Shown here piece after piece: positions 26,700 through 40,499 of a stretch of DNA of 64,000 nt; the stretch's first letter is position 1, and each line of letters opens with the position of its first letter. Position numbers and translations under genes: made by a program. Under the pieces are notes generated by a model. That model did no database searches, was not told the origin of the DNA, and saw only the letters and a list, made by a program, of their open reading frames with translations. The stretch covers positions 57,722,001-57,786,000 of the forward strand of contig OX597819.1 of assembly GCA_951406725.2 (NCBI GenBank). Reading direction: 5' to 3'. Origin of the DNA: Octopus vulgaris. Taxonomy: Eukaryota.

Positions 26700-27555
26700 A
26701 TCCCATCTCCTGCAAAAGCTGTGATATACTCGGCGTTACGAACCTGGAGATGGGTATCATTATCTGGGGGTAAGTATGGAGGTCCCTCTGATGAAACTGG
26801 GTTCCAAATTCATTATAAAAACATTATCAAGTGAGCCGGAATTCTGAGTGGAGAGAGAAGGTTTGGCATGTCTTATGCAGGAAGAGGCAAACTCGCAGTA
26901 AGAGTAGGATTCAAGCGGTTTATAGAAATCAGATTTGGAGAGGCTGCGGTTGGGTGACCAACTGTGACACTTATGCCAAAGCAATTCACAGGGAAGGAGG
27001 AGATGAAGGAAATGCCATCATTGGTTAATTATGAAGACGGTGTTGACGACGATGGTGAATATAGTATAGGCGTGAGAGGAAGAAAAATATATGCCTATTA
27101 CATACTTCAAGAAGGGGACTAATGGACTGTGCAATGACTTGAGGCTAGACGTTACCAGCAAAACGTTTAGCATAGCTAGATCCTATCCTACGCGTAATAA
27201 CTATGCCAGTGACGTGCTGGTAAAATTTGCCGTTGAAAAAACAATTAAGTAAGGACAAACCTTAGGAGATTAGAGTTACTGGATTCAAGAATATTGCGAC
27301 GGTCTAAGAAGTACTTGAGTGCAAGACGACAATTATCATGTGGCATGATTGTGCATAGGTGTATATCGGGAGCTTGGTGAAAAGAAGAAGGAGTTGGAAG
27401 AGGTGAGATTGTAGTTATTATCCTGACCGTTCGAGGGAAAAGCGATAACTAAGGGTTGAAGATCCTATTCAAGTTATTTGGAAATGTATGAGACTTAAGG
27501 GAAGTATCATGGTAAAAGGTACGCAGTTTATCTCATCGTAGAATTTGTTCGATTT
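26700..27555 (+). mobile_element. Decayed non-LTR relic (tentative, RLE type)
   Basis: GYHYLGVS trace and purine-rich coding-like composition with many stops. Confidence 0.3.
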
Positions 27556-27560
27556 CACTG

Positions 27561-27771
27561 CGGGTTTGAACGCCACTTGAAAAGAAGCTCAATGTATACT
27601 ATAGAAATATTTTTCCTTAATCCGCATTCTGTTAGTTTAAACAATTCAATTTAGCCTGCATTTGCTGTATTGTTTAGCATTTATTCGTCATGCGTTGAAT
27701 TATTTCCATATTATTGCAGTTAGCTTGTTTATATTTCATGCTTCTGCTAACCAAGATATACCATACTTAGA
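27561..27771 (-). repeat. Right arm of the ~210-bp inverted duplication
   Basis: Reverse complement of 22922-23131 with scattered substitutions. Confidence 0.9.
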
Positions 27772-28450
27772 TGTGAGAGATATGAAGCGGAAGCCTCAAG
27801 AGAGAAGGGATCGTTCATCTTCAGGAAGTAGGTCAAATAATAGGGAGTGAAAATTTAAGAAAGAGCAAGATGTGTGAATGCACAGGGATTGAAAGGGATA
27901 TGAACAGGAGCGTGGTGTTCGAGAAGGTATGAATGAGTGAGTGTAGTTTGTATTCCTTGGTCTGTATGAGGGATTGAAATGGACGTTACCTGAGCTACTG
28001 GATAAAATTCTTGAAGGTTTGTGCAAACAGTAGGGAGTGGGTGGAAGAAAAGAGAAGTCGGGTATAGACCATAGAACGGGTTAGAGTGAAGACGTCGGCT
28101 CACATGAGACGCCTGGAGAGACTGTGAAGGGAAGGGCTGAATATAGAGGTAGCGTAAGAGGTAGTGTGGAAATCATGACATACACTTTTGGGAAGGGGTC
28201 AACAGTTAAAGATGTGGCTAGAAGATAGGGTCTAAGTAAGGATAACTGCTGCTGGGTGTAAATGCTTGTATGGATTAAGGCAAGTTTAAGATCGAGGTGA
28301 AACATATTGAGATAGAATTTTAAATAAGAAATCGTGTAGTGGATTAGTAAGAGGAGTGTAGAGAAAAGGAGAAGAATAAGTTTAGACGAGTAAATTAGAA
28401 GACGAGTAGAGAAAGAACTGAAGAAAGTCAGGGAATAGAGATACAATGAC
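27772..28450 (-). mobile_element. Decayed CR1/Jockey-group LINE 3' fragment
   Basis: Traces SRR...FY and RPRNTNYTHSFIPSRT resemble the C-terminus of this group's ORF2. Confidence 0.45.
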
Positions 28451-29277
28451 GGTTGTTATGAACAATTCGCAAGGTAGCAGCGATCAGTTCTGCGAAAGTG
28501 TAACGATATACGTAGGTAAAATAGTATCAATAACTCCAGTAAGATTATGAAGCAAATGGGAGGTATATAAATACAGATTGTATTTAGACATATGCGATTT
28601 TTGGTGCAATTGATTTTTTCGTATATGCCATTTGACATGCCTTTTGAAAGTAATTGTTATTCGATAATTCATGTTTGGAGGAACTCAGCGGTATTAGTCT
28701 TTCCTATCAATATTGAGGATAGACGTAATTTATCGGTTTACAAATTATTCCTTCGACCATGTCCCTCCACCAATAATGAAAATAAAATAATAATAATAAT
28801 AATAATAATAATAAACAAATAAATAAAATAAAATAAATAAATAAAAACATTCTGTCAAACATGAAAATGTAAGTTTACAAAATCTTTGCAAGTGAATACA
28901 TGAAGCTTAACTAATTAACTGATATACATTGCTCTCTCCAAAACCAATTATTGATAATCGAATATTGGGTTGATAAGAGGGCAGATTCTAATAAGAGCAT
29001 TTGGAGACGGTATTTGCAGTGGGCTCACATTAACTTTGGGTCACCTTAATATCTAACTAGTTTCTAGTATCTTCAAATAAAATCGACTTGATATTTTGAA
29101 CTTCCAATAAATTAATTTGTTCTAAAACGTACTAGCAACACACTACATCCTAGTACCGTGTTCAATCGCAGTGCGCGACACCTTGAGCAAATGTTCTTCA
29201 CTATAGTCCCGAAGTGGTCAATAACTTGTGAGTGAATTTGGTATATGGAGACAACAGGAAGACCGTCATATATATAC

Positions 29278-29490
29278 TTCTCTACTATTGGCACAAGGCC
29301 TGAAATTTAGGGGAGGGGGATAGTCTATTTTCATCGACCCCAGTGCGTAGCCGTTACTTATTTCATTGACCCCGAGAGGATGAAAAGGCAAAGTCGACTT
29401 CGGCGGAATTTGAACTCAGAACGTAGCGACAGAAGAAATACTGCTAAGCATTTCGCCCGGCGTGCTAACGATTCTGCTAACTCGCCGCCT
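29278..29490 (-). mobile_element. tRNA-derived SINE family B, nested in a decayed family A SINE (29140-29275 and 29705-29930)
   Basis: Head AGGCGGCGAGTTAGCAGAATCGTTAGCACGCCGGGCGAAATG and B box GAGTTCAAATTCC. Family A 5' and 3' halves flank it. Confidence 0.9.
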
Positions 29491-29509
29491 AACCGACATA
29501 TACACACAT

Positions 29510-29531
29510 AGATAGATAGATAGACAGACAA

Positions 29532-29616
<85 letters not shown>

Positions 29617-29621
29617 CAGAC

Positions 29622-29682
<61 letters not shown>

Positions 29683-29701
29683 GATAGATAGATAGATAGA
29701 T
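29510..29701. repeat. (GATA)n microsatellite
   Basis: Directly visible. Confidence 0.98.
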
Positions 29702-31618
29702 GTGAGTATATATGTGTATTTGTATGTTCTTGTCTCTGTGTGTGTTTGCCTCTGTGATTGATAATCGGTACTGGTTTGTTTATACCCTTGTACCTTGTAC
29801 AGTGCGATAAAATAAGATGGTTAAAATGAGTACCAAATTTTAAAAAAAGGAACATGGCCAATTTCATCTGCAAAGTCTTTCAAGGTGGTACTCTAGTATG
29901 GCCGCAATCCGATGGTTGAAACGGAGAAAATAATACTCATGCACTGATAACACCACACAGTACCTGATATAGTCATGTAGATCAAACCATTCTCATCAAG
30001 AAAGAGAATTCGAAAATATATTACAATGAGTATAGAACTATCTTGTTGCATTAAGCTTTGACAGTACGGTTTTCAAAAAAGACTCAACAATACAACATCC
30101 TCATACTTGGAAATAACAGACGGAATATGGGGTTACAACCAAATTCTGAGTTGTACAATCGTTGATGACTATATTTAATATTTTGTCTATTTGTCTATTG
30201 ATGTGAATATGTGCTGTCGCGTTCGTATGCATGCTTCTTTGGCACAATCAGGCTAATTAAAAATGTAAATAAATGCTTCCATTTCAAGTGTAAAATATTG
30301 TTGAGCTCTAAACAGTTTTTATGCCCTCCAAGGCCAAGTTATTATTCTAATATGATGATGCTTCATATCTCGTAACAACTGCATTCGCCAAACATTTGCG
30401 CGAATAACAAATCCTTGATACAGGCAACTGCTTATGAAGATTACGTACCAGAAAACCTCTAACTTTTTCTTCTATATAATTATGTGTATTTCTTTTGGAT
30501 AGTTTCTTGCTATATCTTTGTTCTCATTTCTTTATGTTTGCTTGTGTCCACGTTTTCAAAACAGGAAATAATTAAGACCAGAATCTTAGACTAATAACCA
30601 AATCAGAGAAATATAAATTTGATAAATCTATCAATATTTATATACATTTAAGTTTCACTATGAAACCCTTTCATAAAGGAATACCAAAAGTAAATGCAAG
30701 TTTGGCCACTATAGAAATACGTTGTATATCAACGTTCAGTAAATCCTATCAGCTTTGCTTCAGGATTTGCTGTATATCGTATACAAGTATAATCGCCCAC
30801 ACAATATTTCACTGACTCAAGACTAGAGCTACGCTAAGAATCGCTAAGACTTAAGACGTAATGGATTAGATTGTAACTGTTGAAGCTATACTTCTCTCAT
30901 TTCTGTGAGTTATATGTAAGAAGCACTTTCACTGACAAAGTGAAACTTCTTGAAATGAAATTAAATTATATCTGTTTACACGCATAGAACTAAATTTAAT
31001 TTAAAAGTCCACGCACCGTATTGGGATTTCTAGAATTAACCAAATTAAAATTTTCATCTAATTCAACTTGGTACGATTTATGAAAAGCGAAAAGCAAAAA
31101 TGTGTTACTAGCTACTTAGTGCTTAAACAGATTAGAAGCGTTTTTGCTATGTGTGATTTTTTCATTCACCTCAGGCTGTTCCTGAAGCATAATTAATTAT
31201 TTCAAATAATATTACAAACAATTTCTCTGATTCATTTATCTGTAATGTGATTGCTCGTAAATCTGCAGTCAGTAATATTCTCAATTAACAAAGAACAAGT
31301 CTTTTCCAACACTGACGCTCCTCTCGTATTGAAGCACATCTTTGTCACACGAGAAATAGTAGCGACAGTGAAACAAGAATCATGGCTGGGGTTATGAAAA
31401 CGACATAATATGAATTAATCTCCCGTTAAAACGCAGTATAATAGAAACAGGGAAGAAACAGCACAGAGAAATAATAATTGTAGAATTGCAGACTATAAAA
31501 TAGCAGCTGTGTCACCGCTTGTAAATTGTATCAGTTTCCTTCTTCAAAAAAAAAAAAAAAGGTTTTATGCTTCTAGGCTAAAATAATTTCACGCTTTATA
31601 AGTGTATATCCATATATG

Positions 31619-31865
31619 TGGAGGCACATAGCCTAGTTGTTAGAGCAGCGGACTCGCAGTCGAGGGATCGTGGATTCGAATCTCAGACCTGGCGATGTGT
31701 GTGTTTATGAGCGAAACACCTAAGCTCCATGCGGTTCCGGCAGAAGGTAATGGCGAACTTCTACTGATTCTTTCGCCACAACTTTCTCTCACTCTTTCTT
31801 CGTGCATCTTGCAGCTCACCTGCGACGGACCGGCATCTCGTCCAGGTATGGCTCGAGACAGAACA

Positions 31866-31868
<3 letters not shown>
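31619..31868 (+). mobile_element. tRNA-derived SINE family C (second body type)
   Basis: Head as at 15760; body similar to 49765-50051. Confidence 0.88.
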
Positions 31869-31905
<37 letters not shown>

Positions 31906-31908
<3 letters not shown>

Positions 31909-32410
31909 AAATTGCAATAGGGTGCGCATAATACACCTACTTGTTGGAGAGAGAAAACCTCAATTAAACCGCTGAATTACACTGAAATATACAACACACC
32001 AATAGAAATCAGTCTAGTGAGTAAGGATTCCACAGATTCATCAAAGACCAAAGCTGTAGAAAGAAAAAATGGACATGTTTATATCATGATTTCGAGTTCT
32101 GGCTAAAGCCTTAACTCTCCTCAGTAAATATTGCCATATGAGAGAAATGAACTCACCTCGTTGGAGTCTGTGTCGCTACTGAACTGTCCCGCGCAAATTC
32201 AATAACGACTTCAGTGTATAATACATATATAAGGAGTAAATATTCAAATGAATATTAATAAAAATATTTTTATTGTTATCATTACCGGCGGTAAACTTAA
32301 ATAATTAATAATAATAACAACAAAAATATAAGTGGTTGCAAGCAATAATAGCTTTCGAAAGCTAGAGAAAAAACATTATAATTAAGTATAATTGCAACAG
32401 AGGGCGCATA
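31906..32410 (-). mobile_element. Non-coding hammerhead-bearing unit (Penelope-like pLTR / retrozyme-like)
   Basis: Starts at a (TA)n tract. Direct repeat AATTGCAATAGGGTGCGCATA (31910-31930) / AATTGCAACAGAGGGCGCATA (32390-32410), 18/21 identical. Contains the hammerhead at 32069-32137. Confidence 0.55.
32069..32137 (-). ncRNA. Type I hammerhead ribozyme, core intact
   Basis: Minus strand AUGGCAAUAUUUA-CUGAGGA-GAGUU-AA-GGCUUUAGCC-AG-AACUC-GAA-AUCAUGAU-A-UAAACAUGUCCAU. CUGANGA and GAAA core, stem II GAGUU/AACUC, palindromic stem III AUCAUGAU, AUA triplet, stem I UUUA/UAAA extended by AU/AU and AUGG/CCAU. Confidence 0.85.
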
Positions 32411-33489
32411 TCTTTCGTCTGTGACCCAAAAGTAGGTTTACAGTTATCACGTAGGCACTCTAAATTTCTTTTAAACATTTTATTACATTTAAAACTCTAT
32501 CTTACAAACTGAAAAGGGAGCTTGGCAAAATAAATTGAATTAGCATAGAATGGTTTCATGATATTTTTTATAATTAAGATCTAAACAGTTAATAATGAAT
32601 GTGCAAGAGATAGTTGAATAACTGTAAACCTACTTGTGAGCTGCTTGAATGAAGACATTCCAGCTCCTTTTTCTATCCCACCCAGATCTCACTTGCTGCG
32701 TCCAGCCACACAACTCACACATTCCAGTAATCACTAATCCCAGTCCTTCCATCCTAGGACCTCTTACTTCTGGAGTAACATCATTGTTTCTTTCTTTCCC
32801 GCGAGAGTTTGTTAGTTTACTTTACTTCATAAGGATCATAGTCCCAACTCTCAGTTTCCCTGGAATACCCATTCCTCCCTGGAAGGCTGGTCAAGCCAAC
32901 ACAGGATTATTCATTTTAAAAGTTGAGTGGACTGGAGCAACGTGAAATGAAGTGTTTTGCTTAAGAACCCAACGCAACGCCCTGTGCTGGAAGAAAGCAC
33001 AATTACGAGCCTAGCCGTCTAACCACTAAGCCACGCGTCTCCACATTCACAGAGACGTTGACTAAGAATAATAGAATTAATCTCAGATGTTTAGAAAGGC
33101 ATGCAAAGGGCATAGAGAATCCCTAATCTATCGCACACTGCCAATAAAATTAAAAATTAGAATTAAAATATCCTTTCTTTAGTCAGAAACTTTTACAGAA
33201 AGGATTGTTTTCGCCATTTAATTTCCTCCACCATATATATTCTATTATAATAATACATAGAAAACACGTGATTTTAGTTATATCTCTTCATTCAGCTTGT
33301 TTATCATCCAAATAAATGGGCCTCATTATTAAATATTTGGATATGATTATTTTAAATTAATACAATAAATTATCTTGGAGAGTTCTAGAAATTATCATAT
33401 AGATTCTTAATTATAATATCCTAAGCAATAATTTATATTTTATTCTAATTTATTGTATGTCTTATGTATTCCTTCCTCCATTATATACC

Positions 33490-34997
<1,508 letters not shown>

Positions 34998-35382
34998 TCT
35001 CTCTCTATATAAACGGCAGTTTGTCTGTCTGCGTGTCTGTGTGTCTGTTAGGTTGTACCCTCACCCTGACCACGGCTTTCAACCGATTCTGATGAAACTT
35101 GACACACTCGTAGCCCAATGTCATAATTCAAAACTAACGCAGCGAAAATTTTGAAAAGTTCCCCCAGTTCTGACAAAAATCGATAAATTCGACATGGGGT
35201 CGAGAATCAGAAACACAAACCACAGACTGTCTAGGGGACGCAACTCGACCTTTTTAACTCTCAAACAAAAATTTACTATCATTTTTTTTCCCATTTTTTG
35301 CTATTTTTTGGCTATAACTCTCTAAAAATGCTTTATAGTTATTTCCCTTACAAACCCGAGCAACGCCGGGCGATACTGCTAG
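34998..35382 (+). mobile_element. Complete non-autonomous Helitron (385 bp)
   Basis: a|TCTCTCTCTATATAAAC...GTCTGTCTG at the 5' end and CCCGAGCAACGCCGGG-CGATACTG-CTAG|t at the 3' end. Inserted between A and T with no TSD. Confidence 0.92.
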
Positions 35383-35479
35383 TATGTATATATACATGTG
35401 TATATATATATATGTATGTATATATATAGATGTATATATATATGTATGTATATATATAGATGTATATATATATGTATAC

Positions 35480-35510
<31 letters not shown>

Positions 35511-35795
35511 TATGTATACATATATGTATATATATATATATATATATTTAATCTTACTCCCATATCGAACACGTTATTCCTCCATTAATTTGAAAAGTTT
35601 TAAGGTGGTGAAACTTTACAGAAATGAATATTTAAATGACAATAGGAATTTTCATTGATTTCATAAGTCAAACAAAGAAAGCTTAAGGTACACACACGCA
35701 AATGTTAAATATTCACGTATGCATACACACAGATACGCGCACGTATATATCTATCTATTTATCTATTATCTATCTATCTGTCCTCTTAACATCCC

Positions 35796-35834
<39 letters not shown>

Positions 35835-35955
35835 CGTGTATGTGTGTATGAATGTGTGTGTGAATGTGTGTGTGTGAGAGTTTACATATCGATATGCATA
35901 CATATTATATACACACATATATATACAAACATAATATAATATATATATATAAAGA

Positions 35956-36000
<45 letters not shown>

Positions 36001-36606
36001 TATATAAATGCGTACATATATGATATAGGGAGCGCAAATGTTCACATATCCACATGCAGGCCTATGCATAAAGGCAAATATACAGAGAGATACATAAAGA
36101 AAAATTCAATAACGTGGACGAAATACGAATTCTCGGAAGTTTCCTTTGTTCTCCAAAAACCGTATTAATCGCTCTTTGAAAAGGAATATTCTATGTTATT
36201 CTTCAATTATTAATATTAAGCATATTTTCATCAACGTAAATTTCTCTTCACCGACTACTTGTCAAATAATGGCTATTGCAAATAACATTCAACTCAATTG
36301 CTATAAAGATTTACACAGCAATAACAGCAACCGCTCTCATCATTCATGCGTTTTCTTTTGAAATTTCGCAGCATTACGTATTCATATATGCATCGTGTCT
36401 TAGGATCCATTCATCTACCTACCTATCTAGATGCTTATATATATCTACCTACTTGCCTATCTCTCAATCTTTCTATTATTTCTTATTTCTGTCTTTAGAT
36501 GTAATTATCGACTTTTACATGCGCCTTACTATCTAACTGTCTGTCTATTTATCTAACCAACACTATATCTATTACCTGTCAATCGATTTCCATTTTCCTA
36601 TTGTTA

Positions 36607-36638
<32 letters not shown>

Positions 36639-36691
36639 CGTATATATACATATATATATATATATATACGTATATATATATATATATATAC

Positions 36692-36744
<53 letters not shown>

Positions 36745-37237
36745 TATATATATGCATTGATTGAATCTTTCATGCGTTAACACGTACCTCCTTGCGCCTA
36801 TATATATATATATATGCATACATACGTATGCATCCATGTATATATGCATGTATGTCTCTGAGTGTATCGCTGTGTGACTGTGTTTGTGTGTGTGCGTGTG
36901 TGCGTGTGTGGGGGTGACTGGATATCGAATGTTGCTGCCTTACAAACACTCTTCAATTGTTTTATCTATCGATCTATCTACAAATCGATTTCTTACACCG
37001 GCACACACATTAAGGTTATATGAAGCTAAATGCACCTAATTTTATTACTGATATTCTTTTATGAAACTTGGTACAATGTTGAGAGTTGATCCTAGATCAT
37101 TAAAAATATACCATGTGGTACGTCATTTAATCATCTATCTGGAAACTTCTACCATATTCTCTCAAACTCAGTTTATAATACTGATAACTGATTTGGTCCC
37201 AAGGACATGATTATTATGACTGGGCTTAGGTCAGCAT

Positions 37238-37428
37238 GATGGCAGAATTTTTAGCACTCATTACAAAATGCTGAGCGGTATCTCTTAAAGCTCTTTACAT
37301 TCTGAGTTTCAATGACTTTGAACTTTGCTTTTAATCCCTCCGAGGTCAATGAAATAAGGTACACATCAAGTACTTGAGTCACTGTAACTGATTTGTCCCC
37401 CCACCTATCAAAATTACTGGCCTGGAAA
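37238..37428 (+). mobile_element. SINE family B, diverged copy
   Basis: TGGCAGAATTTTTAGCAC...AAATGCTGAGCGGTAT...ACATTCTGAGTT...ACTTTGCTTTTAATCC matches the family B layout. Confidence 0.65.
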
Positions 37429-38526
37429 CTGCAACGGACCCGCATCCTGTTCTGGTGTATTGCTGCGATGCTTGTTTGCATATACAATTTGGAAACCAGG
37501 TAACCGGCCTGATGAATCCTAAAACATGAGAAACTCAGGACTTTGTTGCTCATTTTATAATCTTAACTGTAAGTTGATCACATATGGAGACCGTGCGGAA
37601 CATAGCACTATGCGCACAGCAGAGCACTCCTGTCTATCTGTGCATGTGTTAATCTATCTGTGTGTTCATCTAATTGAATGTTTATGTATGCGTATGTGTG
37701 GTGTGATTAACAGAAATAGTTAGGTAATCCTAATTTTATAGAAGGCAGCTTAGAGTACACCAGAGTTCATAGAATATACGTGGAAAAGAAAGACGAATTG
37801 AGGAAATGTTGTGAGAAATAAAAGATTAATAAAGTCTATCATCAGAAGGTAACTTTTTTTGCAACAGACCGTCATGTCGGCTAATCATGCTAATAGATTT
37901 GGTGATATGATTAGCGAAGTTATTAGGGTATCAGAGAGAATACGTTGATAGTCTGACATTGGTTCAGGATCTCTGTGTTGCAAGTTCAAATCCCGGCGGA
38001 TTCAATTTTGTCCTTTATCCCTTCAGGATCAATAATTAAAACAACAGCTTACTGTTGATGCAACCTCATTTCCCGTTAACCGTCTCATGGCAGTTGCTTG
38101 AAACTCAGGCGGCTGAAGGGTTAAGCATGTTGCTTTGGGAAAAGGATATCACAAGTTCAATCACACTCTGTAGCTTATTAGTAAGCATGTTTTAACGGAG
38201 CTTCGGGTCAGCCCAAGACTTAAAAAGCAGAAATACTTAGACGAAAAGTGTAGTAACCAGTCAGACGGATTGTTAATAGAATTCGAAAGTCCAACCTCAT
38301 CATATATTGCGTCGTATCACTTCTGCGTTAGGCTTAAGTGAGAGGGGACACATGTTTATAGAATATTCAACCAGTTACACGTTAATTGAAAGAAATCTTG
38401 ATCGGAGAAAGTGAATGTATATTGTGGAAACCGACGGAGATCCATTTTATTTGCATGCGTCAATGAGAGTGAAAGAAAGATTTAAAAAGAATATATACAT
38501 TCGCAGCACACACACATCATATATAC

Positions 38527-38557
<31 letters not shown>

Positions 38558-39099
38558 TTGCGTGTGTATGTATGCATGTATGTATGTATGTCTATACGGG
38601 GGTAGTTACGTACAAAGTTACAGAGAGACAAAAGAAGTGATAGGCAGATAAATCTAAAGATAATAAGTCATTGATTGTTCGGTTAGATATTCACGCGATG
38701 TAAATATTTTCATTCCAGTAGACGTAAATAAATAAAAATAATAATGGAATTCCTACAGCACCATAATACAAATTAACAATAAAACTAAAAGCATATCAAA
38801 TAAAAGAATGCTGAAATCTTATCAGTTTGATACTATTTTCAGTGTGATTCTGAAAGTTCGCCAAATCATTTTGAAAGGTGACGGAAAGATTAGAATTTGT
38901 CGAATACGTTGACAAAGAGAAAAGTAAAACAATGATACTTCGAAACCAATATGTTTTTTAAGCATTACATGATTATACTGTTTGATGTTTTGTATGTGTT
39001 TTTCTTTTTAATATTTTTAGTTCATATTTTAATCTGCAAGTATAATACATTCGTTAGAAGACCAGCGTCTGTATATCTACGATATTATTTTCCTCACTT

Positions 39100-40170
39100 C
39101 ACGCTTGCTAAGTTCAAATCAGGTTATACCATAAGCATTTGAAAGCAATGTCTGGCACACTATTGACGGAAGCTTTCTTTTATATATCACTATCGAATGT
39201 AGCTGGTTGTTTTTAGTTATTTCAGTAATACCTCCATGCATCGCCCAGCCCGAACTACAGTCGATTATTTTGACCCATTATCAGAAAGGATCCTTTCCAC
39301 TTTTGCAACGTCGACATCTTAATCATTATAGTTCAGAAAGCACTACATTCAGAGAGAACGTCCCCAAAATATTCTACCGCTTTGCATTAAATGCTACATT
39401 GAATGCAATTGATAAATATCCCCAAGAAATATCTTTTTTACTAATTGCCATACTTACTATTAGCTACATATATAAGTCCAGTGCGAAAACAAATCTGGTC
39501 TCTTCAAACCACCAATGCCACCAGCACTAACAATATCCTTAATATAAGCTACATGCAATGCGCCCTCGAACTAGTTCCCATTCTCTCTAAATTAAATCTT
39601 TCCCTCACACAAAACTATATCCTAATCATGTTTATCATTTCCAAGAAAGGCAAAACCTTGCGGCTTGCTAACTATCATCCTCTGGCGCTCATCTCTCGCA
39701 TCTTAAAAGTAACCGAGACATATATAATAACATCCTTTTCCAACACTTTCGATCTATTTTCCATTTGAATGCCTCCAGTACGGAGTTTGCATACTAAGAT
39801 CTAATGACGTAAATGTTTCTATCACTTAACAGCAGAGTATTCGATTGTGTCTAGCACATGAATTACCAAACCAAACTGCCCGGCTATCGATTATTGGTAG
39901 TTTGTTAGATTTGCAACACGTAATGAGGCAGACCTCTCAAACCAACACTCTTATTACTGGTGTTTGCCAAGTTTCGGCATTACAGAGACTCATCCATCCA
40001 CAAGTTTATGACGTGGTTGTTGTCAATGACACCCACTTCTATGCAATTTTCAAGCTTCATTCCTGCTTCATCTTCCGCACACAAGCGTCATCCATATAAA
40101 ACCTCAGCATACCAAGTTAAACCAACACTGACTCCAAAAAGATAGACCAACTGATGTTCTAGTGTGCTTA
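39100..40170 (+). pseudogene. Decayed CR1/Jockey-group LINE reverse transcriptase
   Basis: IISKKGK...ANYHPLALISRILKVTETYI (NYRPISL motif), QYG...RS, TGVCQVSAL (GVPQGSVL) and VVNDT (YADD position). Confidence 0.7.
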
Positions 40171-40279
40171 AACTAAATCCAGATATTGTCGTACGGGTTT
40201 TGTTATATATGACTGAAGTCGTAAGAGGTAGTTGGTGTTCAACATTATTATCTACTTGGTACTAGGCTAGCACTTCCTT

Positions 40280-40314
<35 letters not shown>

Positions 40315-40411
40315 TGATAAAAATGGTAAGACCACAAAAGAATGAAAGAGACCTCGATATTATGTAAATAGAGGAATTTATCTGTAAAAGTAATATGTAA
40401 CAATTAATCAG

Positions 40412-40484
40412 GAGCCATGATAAAACTCTGAGTTTCAGATGCCGAGGCGGAGATCCACGCCCCAATCACTTCAGTTATCTGGCC
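40412..40484 (-). ncRNA. Type I hammerhead-like fold with two core deviations
   Basis: GGCCAGAUAA-CUGAAGU-[GAUUGGGGCG…CGCCUCGGCAUC]-U-GAA-ACUC-A-GAGU-U-UUAUC-A-UGGCU. Stems I, II and III all pair. U replaces A9 and there is an extra U before G12. GUU triplet. Confidence 0.6.
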
Positions 40485-40499
40485 GTCGGAAAATTATTT

